Assembly: GCA_040377305.1 (NCBI GenBank)
Contig: JBEIPA010000011.1
Span: forward strand, 96,001 to 160,000
Source: Flavobacteriales bacterium
GTDB taxonomy: Bacteria; Bacteroidota; Bacteroidia; Palsa-965
Length of the DNA stretch: 64,000 bases
Reading direction: 5' to 3'
Part shown: piece by piece, positions 47,932 through 58,100 of the stretch
Position numbering within the stretch: the first letter of the stretch is position 1
Layout: the number at the start of each line of letters is the position of its first letter
Made by a program: the position numbers and the translations under genes
The notes under the pieces: generated by a model
What the model saw: the letters and a program-made list of their open reading frames with translations, nothing else
Told to the model about the DNA's origin: nothing
Databases searched by the model: none

Positions 47932-49454
47932 GATTTCATTTCCCAGGTTGTTCCTTCTTTGCTGTCTTTGAGTACGATGTTCACTTTCGCAAGTTCATCG
48001 CGCACAAGATCACTCACGGCAAAATCTTTTTTCGCGCGTGCTTCCTGACGGATTTTGATAATGAGTTGCATCAAACCATCAGTTGTATCGCCAGCAGATT
48101 CCATGATATCGTCTTTGAGCCCGAGTACATCGAACACAAAATCGTTCATGATGGATTTCATTGCAGCGATGTCTTCTGCAGTCAGCGTTTCTTTTCCGTC
48201 GCGCGATGAATTGATGATACGCGCTGCGTCGAATAGTTCTGCAAGAAGTATCGGTGAATTGATATTGTCGTTCATTGCATCATAACAACGTTGACGCAAT
48301 GCAGCAACATCGTATGATGACTTTGCAGATGCAGGAACTTTATCGAGTGTGCGTAATGCTTCCATCAATTTGCGAAAACCTTTTTCGGATGCAAGCAATG
48401 CTTCATTCGAGAAATCGAGTGTACTCGAGTAATGCGTTTGCAGCATGAAGAAGCGAACCGTCATGGGTGAATACGCTTTATCGAACAGCGGATGTTTTCC
48501 TTCGAGCTTGGCTTGCGATGGAGTTGCGCTTGGAGAATCTGCAGCGAGTTTTTTTCCGGTGAATAATTCTACAGGAAGAAAAACATTGCCGAGTGAACGC
48601 GACATTTTCTGTCCATTCAGCGTAAGCATATTCGTGTGTACCCAATAGCGAACAGGAGCGCTTCCGCAGCAGCCAACGCTTTGTGCAACTTCATTCGTGT
48701 GGTGTGTTGGAATTAAATCCATTCCTCCACCGTGAATGTCCATTGTTTCGCCAAGATATTTTCTTCCCATTGCAGAGCACTCAATGTGCCAGCCGGGAAA
48801 ACCTTCGCCCCAGGGAGAATTCCAACGCATGAGATGTTCTGGTTTTGCTTTCTTCCAGAGCGCGAAATCCAAACGACCTTTCTTTTCTTCCTGCCCGTCG
48901 AGGTCACGCGTATTGCTTAATTGGTCATCCAATGATCTTCCCGAAAGAACGCCATAGTTGTGGTCCTTCGAAAATTTCTCTACGTCGAAGTAAACGGTTC
49001 CATCAACTACGTAGCCATAACCACGTTTGATGATTTCTTCCGTCATTTCGATCTGTTCCGGAATATGTCCCGAAGCAAGTGGTTCAATACTCGGCGGAAC
49101 TGTATTCAGCAACTGCATAACCTCACGAAAACCGAATGCATAACGCTGCACGATTTCCATGGGCTCGAGTTTTTTCAATCGCGCTTGTTTACCAATGCGG
49201 TCTTCGCCCGTTCCTGCATTTTCATCTTCGAGGTGACCAACGTCCGTAATGTTTCTTACATAACGAACCTTGTACCCGATGTGAACAAGATAACGGTACA
49301 ACAAATCGAATGAAGTGAACGTGCGACAATTTCCGATGTGGGCGTCGCTATACAAAGTTGGTCCGCACACGTACAATCCAACATGTGGTGCGTTCGGAGC
49401 AACGAAAAGTTCTTTCTTGCGGGTTAATGTATTGTAAAGATGTAAGGGCTGCAT
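47928..49454 (-). CDS. cysS: Cysteine--tRNA ligase
   Basis: YVCGPT, HIGN, NITDV, DFALWK, PGWHIECSAM, DIHGGG.DL, KMSRS. Confidence 0.97.
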   Translation of the reverse strand: MQPLHLYNTLTRKKELFVAPNAPHVGLYVCGPTLYSDAHIGNCRTFTSFDLLYRYLVHIGYKVRYVRNITDVGHLEDENAGTGEDRIGKQARLKKLEPMEIVQRYAFGFREVMQLLNTVPPSIEPLASGHIPEQIEMTEEIIKRGYGYVVDGTVYFDVEKFSKDHNYGVLSGRSLDDQLSNTRDLDGQEEKKGRLDFALWKKAKPEHLMRWNSPWGEGFPGWHIECSAMGRKYLGETMDIHGGGMDLIPTHHTNEVAQSVGCCGSAPVRYWVHTNMLTLNGQKMSRSLGNVFLPVELFTGKKLAADSPSATPSQAKLEGKHPLFDKAYSPMTVRFFMLQTHYSSTLDFSNEALLASEKGFRKLMEALRTLDKVPASAKSSYDVAALRQRCYDAMNDNINSPILLAELFDAARIINSSRDGKETLTAEDIAAMKSIMNDFVFDVLGLKDDIMESAGDTTDGLMQLIIKIRQEARAKKDFAVSDLVRDELAKVNIVLKDSKEGTTWEMKS

Positions 49455-49455
49455 A

Positions 49456-49561
49456 GGTTCTCGGTTCTCGGTTCTCAGTTCTCGGTTGAAAAAATTACAA
49501 TACCGGCTAAGAAAGAACGGAAAGCAAAGTTAAGAGAAACGGGGGAGTGGGGAACCGGGAA
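49456..49561. repeat. Heptamer array (GGTTCTC)n with degenerate inverted arm
   Basis: GGTTCTC x3 plus AGTTCTC directly upstream of the cysS start; GGGAACCGGGAA further on. Confidence 0.75.
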
Positions 49562-49583
49562 ATCCCCGATAAAAGTCAAGGTA

Positions 49584-50174
49584 TTACTGCGTTATCGCCG
49601 GCAACACTTCTCTCTTCAGCGTTCCGTTTTCATTGTAGATTTTGTAATCACCAATGAACCATCCGTTCGCCCAGGTGCCGTCTTCGTAAAGCTTGCCACT
49701 CGGATAATACGTTTTCATATTACCAACAATTTCCCCACCAGACCAATGATATTCCATCCAGATTGTTCCGTTGGGATAGTACGTTGTCATCAACCCCTCA
49801 CGTTTGCCGTTGACAAATGTAGATGAGGAAGTAATCGCGCCATCTTCATTGAAGTATTTGCACAGACCATCACGACGACTTTTTTTGTAAGTCACCTGGG
49901 CCACTGTTTTTCCGTATTGATTGTACGTACTCCAAACGCCTTCCAACTTGCTATCGGTGTAATTACCTTCCTGCACAACCTGCTCAGGTGCCCAAGGTGC
50001 GCCAAGTTTTTTGAAAGCGGCTGTTATTTTCCAATACCCTTGTCGTTTTCCAGCTGCGTCAACAACATTGACCGGATAATCACCAGAATAGGAACTGGTT
50101 TGGGCGCGCGATGAAATAATCGCCAGCAAAGTAATTGCAACAATAAAAACTGCAGAGAGAAAATGCTTGTTCAT
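49584..50174 (-). CDS. Secreted MORN-variant repeat protein (paralog 3)
   Basis: Signal peptide; VVDAAGKRQGYWKITA; G....YY.NG repeats. Confidence 0.85.
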   Translation of the reverse strand: MNKHFLSAVFIVAITLLAIISSRAQTSSYSGDYPVNVVDAAGKRQGYWKITAAFKKLGAPWAPEQVVQEGNYTDSKLEGVWSTYNQYGKTVAQVTYKKSRRDGLCKYFNEDGAITSSSTFVNGKREGLMTTYYPNGTIWMEYHWSGGEIVGNMKTYYPSGKLYEDGTWANGWFIGDYKIYNENGTLKREVLPAITQ

Positions 50175-50225
50175 CGAACATGATTTTGAACCGAGAAGTT
50201 ACAAAAACAAAAACGGAAGTGCATG

Positions 50226-50256
50226 AAAAAGTCCCGCTTTTGACGACGGGACTTTT
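50226..50256 (-). terminator. Intrinsic terminator
   Basis: AAAAGTCCCG...CGGGACTTTT. Confidence 0.65.
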
Positions 50257-50276
50257 GAGTTTTATTCGGAATGACG

Positions 50277-51185
50277 TTATTTCTTTTTCACTTCTTCTTC
50301 TTTCACAACACCGTCACCAATATACTTTCCACCTTCGTAACGCTTAGTTCTTACCCACTTTCCGGAAGCGTCGTAAAGTCGTTCCTCGCCGCTGATCATT
50401 TTCCAATCTTTGAAAACTCCAACCATTGTGACTTGTCCATTTTTGTAAAGCGTGTGTGGACCATTACCATCGAAAGGTTTCCCTCCGGTTTCGCCTTTAT
50501 TGATTTCCTGACCATCGCCTTTCTTTACGACAGGTGCTGTTCCTCCAACCTGATCTTCAGGAGCAACATCAACGGCTTCTTTTGGTTTATGCTTCACCGT
50601 TTTCGCCGGATCAATTGTGCCACCATTGAAGAATGTTTCTTCTACCAATTCACCTTTGTCGTTGTATTCTTTTTTCCAGCCTTCTTCTTTTCCGGCCTTC
50701 AAGTTCACGCTTATGTTTAATTGTCCGTTCGGATGATAGTATAGTTGCTCACCATCTCGCTGTCCAAGTGCATTGTACTTGAACTGCTGACGAACTTTTC
50801 CGTTCTCGTAATACATTTTGTACGGACCAGTCCAACGTGTTCCAACCCATGTTCCTTCTTCCTGCAGTTGTCCGGATTCGAAATATGTTTTCGCAGGACC
50901 GTTCGCACGATTGTTTACAAACGTAAGTTCAGATTCTTTATTTCCGTTCTGGAAAAATCGCGTCCACATACCAGTCTTCAGAGACTTCTCGTAGTTACCC
51001 TGCTCAACAGTTTGAGATGGAAGCCACGGCGAAGGCATTTTAAGAAGTAGTGCAGAAAGCTCCCAATAGCCTTGACGTTTGCCGTCGACTATCTGATTTT
51101 TTTGGTCTGTTGTATTTGGGGTTTGCCCGAACGCAACCGAAGTTGTGAGTGTCAACGCAAGTAGGGCGAGTACCAATTTCTTCAT
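50277..51185 (-). CDS. Secreted MORN-variant repeat protein (paralog 2)
   Basis: Signal peptide; GKRQGYW, EEGTWVGTRWTGPYK.YYE.G, GEERLYD. Confidence 0.87.
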   Translation of the reverse strand: MKKLVLALLALTLTTSVAFGQTPNTTDQKNQIVDGKRQGYWELSALLLKMPSPWLPSQTVEQGNYEKSLKTGMWTRFFQNGNKESELTFVNNRANGPAKTYFESGQLQEEGTWVGTRWTGPYKMYYENGKVRQQFKYNALGQRDGEQLYYHPNGQLNISVNLKAGKEEGWKKEYNDKGELVEETFFNGGTIDPAKTVKHKPKEAVDVAPEDQVGGTAPVVKKGDGQEINKGETGGKPFDGNGPHTLYKNGQVTMVGVFKDWKMISGEERLYDASGKWVRTKRYEGGKYIGDGVVKEEEVKKK

Positions 51186-51426
51186 CGGGGAAATGTCTTA
51201 ATGAAACACTCTGAAGTCACAACCCAAAACCGCTCCAAAAATCACCCAACTGCGAAAAAAAGTAGGGGCTGCTGGTATTGTTTTACGAAGAAACGGCATT
51301 ATGTGTTACGACATTGATCTTAAAACACAGACTTTCTGTCTACGCTTAACATGGTTTCGTCGCCTGCAGCAATTCCCAGCCGGAGGTACGGCGAGATGCG
51401 TTCGTGGGGTCTGACCTTCTCAGTTA

Positions 51427-51497
51427 CTCCGGCTGGGCTTAGAATCATAAACACTTAACGCCGTAACGCCGAGTCGCCGTGGTAAGCGTCGCAGACA
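51427..51497. repeat. CCACGG-family element (copy C)
   Basis: The reverse complement of 51459-51497 differs from 20205-20243 at 3 positions; interior CTCCGGYTGGGCYTARAAYCATMAACACTTA is shared with copy A. Confidence 0.85.
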
Positions 51498-51582
51498 GGC
51501 AAAAGTTGGAGAGTTGAGGAGTAAAAATGAAAGAGTCCCGTGTTTGCAGCCGGGACTCTCTCTGTATTCTCCTAAAGGGAAT

Positions 51583-52467
51583 CTACTTACTATTGCCTTC
51601 GGTTGGCAATGGACCATCGCCCACGTACTTGCCACCTTTGTAAAGTTTGATCTTGATGAGGATGCCGTTGTTATCATACAAACGCTCTTCACCGTCAACC
51701 AGTTTCTTTTTCGCGAACGTGCCTTTCATTGTGATCTGACCGTTCTTGTAAAGGATCCAATAACCTTCACCGTTAAATGTTCCGGTGTTTGGTTTCACTT
51801 CTGTTGATGTAACAGTTGGTGAAGTTCCTTTTTGTTCTTTTTCCTCAGGAGCTTTCACTGCGTCTGCAGATTCAGGCTTCTTCGGCTCGTATGTTTTTGT
51901 TTTCGCAGGATCAATTGTACCTCCGTTGAAATACGTTTCAGCTGTGAGCTCACCATTGGTGTTGTACTCTTTCTTAACGCCTTCTTCTTTTCCTGATTTC
52001 ATATTCACCTCGATAGCCACTTTGCCATTTGGGTGATAGTAAGTCTGTGCTCCGTCGCGCTGTCCAAGGTTGTTATAAGCGAACGACTGGCGGACTTGCC
52101 CGTCTTCGTAATACAGTTTGTATGGACCAGTCCAACGTGTTCCAACCCATGTACCTTCTTCGGAAAGATTTCCGTTTTCGTGGTACATCTTAGCAGGACC
52201 GTTTGGACGGTTGTTCACGTACGTGAGTTCCGATTTTTTCTTGCCGTTCTGGTAGTATTCAATCCAGATTCCAGTCTTCATGGAATTCGTGTAGGTGCCT
52301 TCTTCAACCAGTTGCTCGGGCGTCCATGGTGATCCAAGTTTCTTGAAACCTGCAGTGATCTTCCAGTAACCTTGTCGCTTTCCGGCAGCGTCAACAACAT
52401 TATCCTGCGCAATCGCAAATGACGCTGTAACACACAACACAAGTAGGGATAGTATAAATTTCTTCAT
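51583..52467 (-). CDS. Secreted MORN-variant repeat protein (paralog 1)
   Basis: Signal peptide; colinear and highly similar to 50277-51185. Confidence 0.87.
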   Translation of the reverse strand: MKKFILSLLVLCVTASFAIAQDNVVDAAGKRQGYWKITAGFKKLGSPWTPEQLVEEGTYTNSMKTGIWIEYYQNGKKKSELTYVNNRPNGPAKMYHENGNLSEEGTWVGTRWTGPYKLYYEDGQVRQSFAYNNLGQRDGAQTYYHPNGKVAIEVNMKSGKEEGVKKEYNTNGELTAETYFNGGTIDPAKTKTYEPKKPESADAVKAPEEKEQKGTSPTVTSTEVKPNTGTFNGEGYWILYKNGQITMKGTFAKKKLVDGEERLYDNNGILIKIKLYKGGKYVGDGPLPTEGNSK

Positions 52468-52518
52468 CGGCCAGCGGCTTTGTGGGGGCGTTTCCCCAGT
52501 CCAACATTACTGAAATTT

Positions 52519-52544
52519 AACGAAACAAGCCGCTTTTCGTTGCA
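52519..52544 (-). promoter_or_regulatory. Possible ECF-type promoter
   Basis: Minus strand TGCAAC-N16-CGTT; similar CGTAAC-N17-CGTA at 51284-51310. Confidence 0.4.
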
Positions 52545-52652
52545 CAAATTCGATCAACCCAGAAATAACTTCGACTAACCTCAACACAAATCGATGCAGG
52601 GGGAAATGCGATTCGAATGCTGGTGAATTGTACGTGGAACATTGAAAGGCGG

Positions 52653-53606
52653 TTACACCTTTGTGTAAACATTTTTCAGGTTGACCAGCATGTCGTTAGT
52701 CATGGCCTCGAGGTCGTACTTTGGGGCCCATCCCCAGTGTTCTCTAGCAACCTGATCGTCAATGCTTTTTGGCCAGGAATCGGCTATTTGCTGGCGGAAA
52801 TCGGGCGCATAATCGATCGTGAATTCCGGTATAAATTTGCGGATTGAAGCGGCAATTTGTTCTGGATTAAAGCTCACTCCTGCCAGGTTATAGCCCCCAC
52901 GGAATTTGATCTTTTCAGCCGGGGCTTCCATAATTTCCAGTGTTCCACGAATTGCATCGGGCATGTACATCATGGGCAAAGTGGTGTCTTTTGACAAGAA
53001 CGACGTGTACTTCTTGTGTTTCAGCGCCTCGTGATATATATGTACAGCGTAATCCGTTGTTCCTCCTCCGGGTGCTGACTTCCAGCCAATTAGTCCGGGA
53101 TAACGCAGGCTTCTGGTGTCAACGCCGTGTTTGTGGAAATACCATTCAATCCAGCGCTCGCCCGCAAACTTGGAGTTGCCATAAACCGTCGTGGGTTCAA
53201 TGATTGTAAACTGCGGAGTATTCTCCCGTGGAGTCGTAAGACCGAAGACAGCAATTGAGCTCGGCCAGTATATTTTTTGTATGTGTTTCTCACGCGCCAA
53301 TTCGAGCACATGGAACAAGCTTTCCATATTGAGCTTCCACCCGAACATTGGTTTCTGTTCTGCTGTTGCGGAGAGTAATGCGGCGAGCAAATAAACCTGC
53401 GTGATACCGTGACGTTTTACGACTTCGAATAATTTGTCTTTGTCAAGCGCATCTAAAACTTCATACGGCCCGAGAGCGAGTTGATCAGCATCAGCAGGTT
53501 TGATATCGGAAGCCACTACGTTGTTCTGTCCGAAAATCGATCGCAGTTCGGCAACTAACTCAGTTCCGATCTGTCCGGAAGAACCGATCACAAGAATTTT
53601 ATCCAT
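52653..53606 (-). CDS. SDR-type L-threonine 3-dehydrogenase (NAD-dependent epimerase family)
   Basis: GSSGQIG, LAALLSA, PSSIAVFG, YGNSK, RYPGLI, PGGGTTDYAV, LPMMYMPD. Confidence 0.88.
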   Translation of the reverse strand: MDKILVIGSSGQIGTELVAELRSIFGQNNVVASDIKPADADQLALGPYEVLDALDKDKLFEVVKRHGITQVYLLAALLSATAEQKPMFGWKLNMESLFHVLELAREKHIQKIYWPSSIAVFGLTTPRENTPQFTIIEPTTVYGNSKFAGERWIEWYFHKHGVDTRSLRYPGLIGWKSAPGGGTTDYAVHIYHEALKHKKYTSFLSKDTTLPMMYMPDAIRGTLEIMEAPAEKIKFRGGYNLAGVSFNPEQIAASIRKFIPEFTIDYAPDFRQQIADSWPKSIDDQVAREHWGWAPKYDLEAMTNDMLVNLKNVYTKV

Positions 53607-53836
53607 CGCTGTAAATGTAAATACGATTTGCCAATTGTGAGAAGATGCAAACCACTTGTTGCCCGACGCAGGGCTCTGACCATGGTTGCTTCATGTTTTC
53701 GGAATGCTGGACAAGTAAGAATTGGGCAATCCTTGTTTTAGAAACGGGTATAACAAGGACACCTTTACTGTAACAATTCGTCAAAGAAGTTTTACAACAA
53801 GTGAGAACCAATCAATAACCCTCAATACTATCTATT

Positions 53837-54793
53837 ATGAAACGCAATTTATTAATCCTGACAGTTGCTTCCCTTGCGGTTGTGATGGTGTCTTGTAAGA
53901 AAGACATTGTTGAAAGAGACAATACTTATCCGGGCAGCTACTCCAGCAACGGGGCACTCAACAGTTATTTTCAACAGGCCGGTCCTCAGTTGCAAACCTT
54001 TACTGTGAATGCTGCTACAGGTGGAGTTTTTTATGGCAACCAAGGAGCGAGGTTAGTAATCGCACCAAACTCTTTTGTCTATCAGAATATGCAACCCGTT
54101 ACGGGCTCAGTTGACCTACAACTCATTGAAGTGTACGGTAAGAAAGCAATCATTTGTTCGGGTGGTTTCACAACATCGAACGGAGTTCCAATTGAATCGG
54201 GTGGCGAAATCTACATCAATGCGTGGCAAGGAAATAACGAGTTGGAATTGAATCCTGCTGGTGGAATTACAGCTTCCATACCTGCAGGTCTAACGACGCC
54301 TCCTCCGATGGAGAATTTCACCGCATCGGAAATCGGGGAAGGGGCGGATTTTGATCGCGTTGATTCTTCACTAGTGCAGATCACATGGGATACTTCAAAC
54401 GTAGTGGCGGCACAGTACTATTATAATTTGCAGGTATATCAGTTTGGCTGGGCGAATTGTGATGTGTACATGAATTCGAATAGTGACTTGACTGATTTTA
54501 CAGTTTCCCTGCCGCAAACGTTCAATCATGAAAACACAATGGTGATCATTTCATTCACTGATTATAATACCGTATCTACAATGTATACGTTCGACGAAGA
54601 AACCAATGCATACGTTTCGGGTTATTACAAGCTGCCGATCGGATTCGATGTGACATTTATTGCCATCTCTGAAATCAACGGTCAATTTTATTATACAGAA
54701 CATTCAACAAATATTGTTGAAGATCACCTTATCTCGCTTACTCCGCAGGTGTGCACGGAGGCTTATGTTGATCAGATGCTCACCTCGTTATAA
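53837..54793 (+). CDS. Hypothetical lipoprotein (GWxNCD family)
   Basis: Lipobox MVSCKK; QTFTVNA..GG, IESGGE, FGWANCD. Confidence 0.78.
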   Translation: MKRNLLILTVASLAVVMVSCKKDIVERDNTYPGSYSSNGALNSYFQQAGPQLQTFTVNAATGGVFYGNQGARLVIAPNSFVYQNMQPVTGSVDLQLIEVYGKKAIICSGGFTTSNGVPIESGGEIYINAWQGNNELELNPAGGITASIPAGLTTPPPMENFTASEIGEGADFDRVDSSLVQITWDTSNVVAAQYYYNLQVYQFGWANCDVYMNSNSDLTDFTVSLPQTFNHENTMVIISFTDYNTVSTMYTFDEETNAYVSGYYKLPIGFDVTFIAISEINGQFYYTEHSTNIVEDHLISLTPQVCTEAYVDQMLTSL

Positions 54794-54829
54794 TATTAAA
54801 GAGTGAACTGACCCACGCACGTTGAAATG

Positions 54830-54869
54830 ATCCCGTCTCGTCAAGAAATTGATGAGGCGGGATTTTTTT
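54830..54869 (+). terminator. Intrinsic terminator
   Basis: ATCCCGTCTCGTCAA...TTGATGAGGCGGGAT followed by a T run. Confidence 0.75.
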
Positions 54870-54992
54870 ATGCGAGTAAAACAACTGGACTGTTTTGTTT
54901 TGCGATCTGCAAACTGCAACACACCACGTGCGCGTTTCAACACACAAGTGGTAACATGGTTCACGACTTGATTGGTTTGAACATTGTAATTT

Positions 54993-55126
54993 GTTGTTGT
55001 ACTTAATACAGATGCTCCCCGCATCTTTGAAGTACAGTTGTAATCTGAGCTGTTCCCCGCAGCAATCGTCCCCTAAAAGATACAGTAGCAACGAGGCATT
55101 AGTACTGCGCGTAATTCCAATACGCA
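54993..55126 (+). ncRNA. Candidate structured leader/sRNA with UCCCC loops
   Basis: AGATGC-TCCCC-GCATCT, GCTGT-TCCCC-GCAGC and a third TCCCC within nested stems; no known family recognised. Confidence 0.35.
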
Positions 55127-55160
55127 CATCAATGTTGCAAACAATTTAAAGTATCTGACC

Positions 55161-58100
55161 ATGAAAAACATTCGCAAAATTTCTCTCCCTGCGATTGCAA
55201 TTCTTGCTCTGCTAGGGACAGCAGATGCAAGGGAGAATGTAAACCCAAACGGAAACCGAAATTCAAACGGCAATCGCTATCAATCCGGTGAAGATGTATT
55301 AGCAACGTGCACACCGGCTTCTGCCAAAACTGATCTGGATGTCAACAACGTTCGCACGACCATTATGACTGGTGGCGATATGTGGTGGGATCTGACTACA
55401 GCACGTTATGAAATTCCCAAAGGTAGCGGCAAGCATTCTATTTATGCCGGAGCATTGTGGATCGGTGGATTGGATGCAGGCGGATCACTGCGCGTGGCGG
55501 CGATGACTTACCGTCAGACCGGAAATGATTTCTGGCCGGGCCCACTTGATTTAAATGATGCATCCGTTGATCAAAGTGTGTGCAACGAGTTCGACAAGCA
55601 TTGGAAAATTTCGCGCAAGGAAGTAGAAGACTTTGTAGCGTGGCAACTAGACCCGCCTGCGTATCCGAATTACACTGTTCCGTTGAGCATTCAGAACTGG
55701 CCAGGGAATGGCGCACCAGGACAAGATCAGTACCTCGCCCCCTTTCATGATGAACAAGGCGATGGCATCTATAATTATATGGATGGTGATTATCCCGGTT
55801 TTGATCTTGATGGAACAGGAAGCTGCGATCACAACCAGTTGTTTGGCGATCAGGTTTTGTGGTGGGTGTTCAACGATCGCGGAAATATTCACTCAGAATC
55901 AGGCGCAACTGCAATCGGACTTGAAATTCATGCACAGGCTTTCGGTTTCGAAACGAATGATGAAATCAACAATATGACTTTCTATTCGTACAAGATTATT
56001 AATCGATCGACCACACAATTAGATCAGACTTATTTCGGTCAGTGGACAGACGCTGATCTTGGTTATGCATTCGATGATTATGTTGGATGCGATGTTGGTC
56101 GCGGATTGGGATACACCTACAACGGCAATGCGAATGATGGAGGATCGGCTCAACCGGGACCGGACTCCTATGGTGCAAATCCACCAGCAATTGGTATGGA
56201 CTTTTTCGAAGGACCGATTGCGGATTCTGCAGATGGAGTTGACAATGATCGCGACGGACAACTGGATGAAGCAGGAGAACAGATTATCATGTCGAAATTT
56301 ATTTACTATAACAATGACGGCAGCGTAACCGGCAATCCGGACAACGCAACACATTTCTATAACTACCTCTCCGGATTCTGGAAAGATGGTTCTCCACTTA
56401 CTTATGGTGATGACGCGTATGGTGGAACAGTTCCTTGCGACTTCATGTTCCCAGGCGATTCAGATCCGCTCGGTATTGGCGCCGGTGGGCCGCAACCAGC
56501 ATGGGATGAAGTAACGGAAGCGAACGGGGTTGGTGATCGGCGTATGTTGCAATCTGCCGGACCGTTTACATTGAAACCCGGTGCCGTGAATTATGTTACG
56601 GTTGGTGCCGTGTGGGCACGCGCCAACAGTGGTGGACCGACTGCATCTGTCGATCTCATGCGTACAACAGATGACAAGGCGCAACGATTGTTCGACAATT
56701 GTTTCCGTACGCTTGATGGACCAACTGCACCGGATCTTACGATTCAGGAATTGGACAAAGAAGTAATCGTTTACATCACCAATCCTGCAACTTCAAATAA
56801 TTATCTGGAACGCTACGAGGGAGTTGATCCTTCTATCGTGTACAATACGTATCATCCTGCTCTTGCGAATATCGATCTCACATACAACTTCGAAGGCTAC
56901 CAGCTGTTCCAGTTGAAGGACATCACTGTAACGACTGCAGATCTGTACAATCCTGATAAAGCACGCATGATTGCACAGTGCGATATTCAGAATGGTGTAG
57001 CACAACTTGTGAATAGCGATTTCGATGTTGAACTCAACGCGGACGTACCGAATGACATGACGCTCGATGCGGCTGATGACGGAATTGTTCACTCGTTCTC
57101 CGTGAAAACAGATGCATTTGCAACCGGAGATAATCGCCTGATCAATCACAAAACATATTACTACACGATTGTGGCTTATGCTTACAATCGCTACCTCACG
57201 TATGATGATGTTACGTTCGATGCGAATTCACCTCTGACTCCTTCGAACATCGGACAGAAGAAACCTTATCTCGCAGGCAGAAAAAATGTAATTACGTACA
57301 CGGCAATTCCGCACATCACTTCACCGGAAGCGTACGGAACCGACCAAACTTCAAATTATGGGTCAGGTCCGAAACTCACGCGCATCGAAGGTTGCGGCAA
57401 CGGAACAAACATCCTTGAACTAACTCAAGCTTCAGAAGATGCAATTGTTGCCGCAACATCGGTGAACAATGGTGGCACCGCGCGACACGATCACATTCAG
57501 TACGAAGGCGGATACGGTCCGGTGAACATCAAAGTGATTGATCCGCTTAACGTTCCTGTTGGTGATTTCACAATTCAGATGGTGGATAATCCGTATTCAT
57601 CAATTACCGCATCGGCTACTGCAACCTGGATTCTGAATCAGTTGAGCGGACCTGGTGCACCACGTGCGTGGACATCGGACACAACAATCAATTTCAAGTC
57701 GGTTTATGCGAATGAGCAGATCATTCCTGAAATCGGAATGTCTGTACAGTGGAGTCAAACACAAAATCCCGGGTTAGGAAATAATCCTGATCGCAACGGA
57801 TATCTTGCTTCGTCAATGACATTCGATGACCCAACGAAAGATTTCCTCACTGGAATTGTTGATGATGAGAGCAACACCGAGTACAATTGGATACGAGGCG
57901 GTTCACAAGACGGCACTGGAATTTGCATAGATGAGTTCGACGACAGATTCTACACGGGTAATGCACTTGATCCTGAGGGCGACTTTGAAAAATTAGTCGA
58001 CTCGCGTTGGGCTCCGTATCGATTGGCTGCGTACAATCCTTCTCCCGGACAAGCAACAATATGTTATCCCGTAGGACCTGCATGGCAGCCAACTGCACCA

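Noticed and set aside
49584-52467. Toxin-antitoxin system
   Set aside because: No toxin ORF nearby, and all three proteins have signal peptides.
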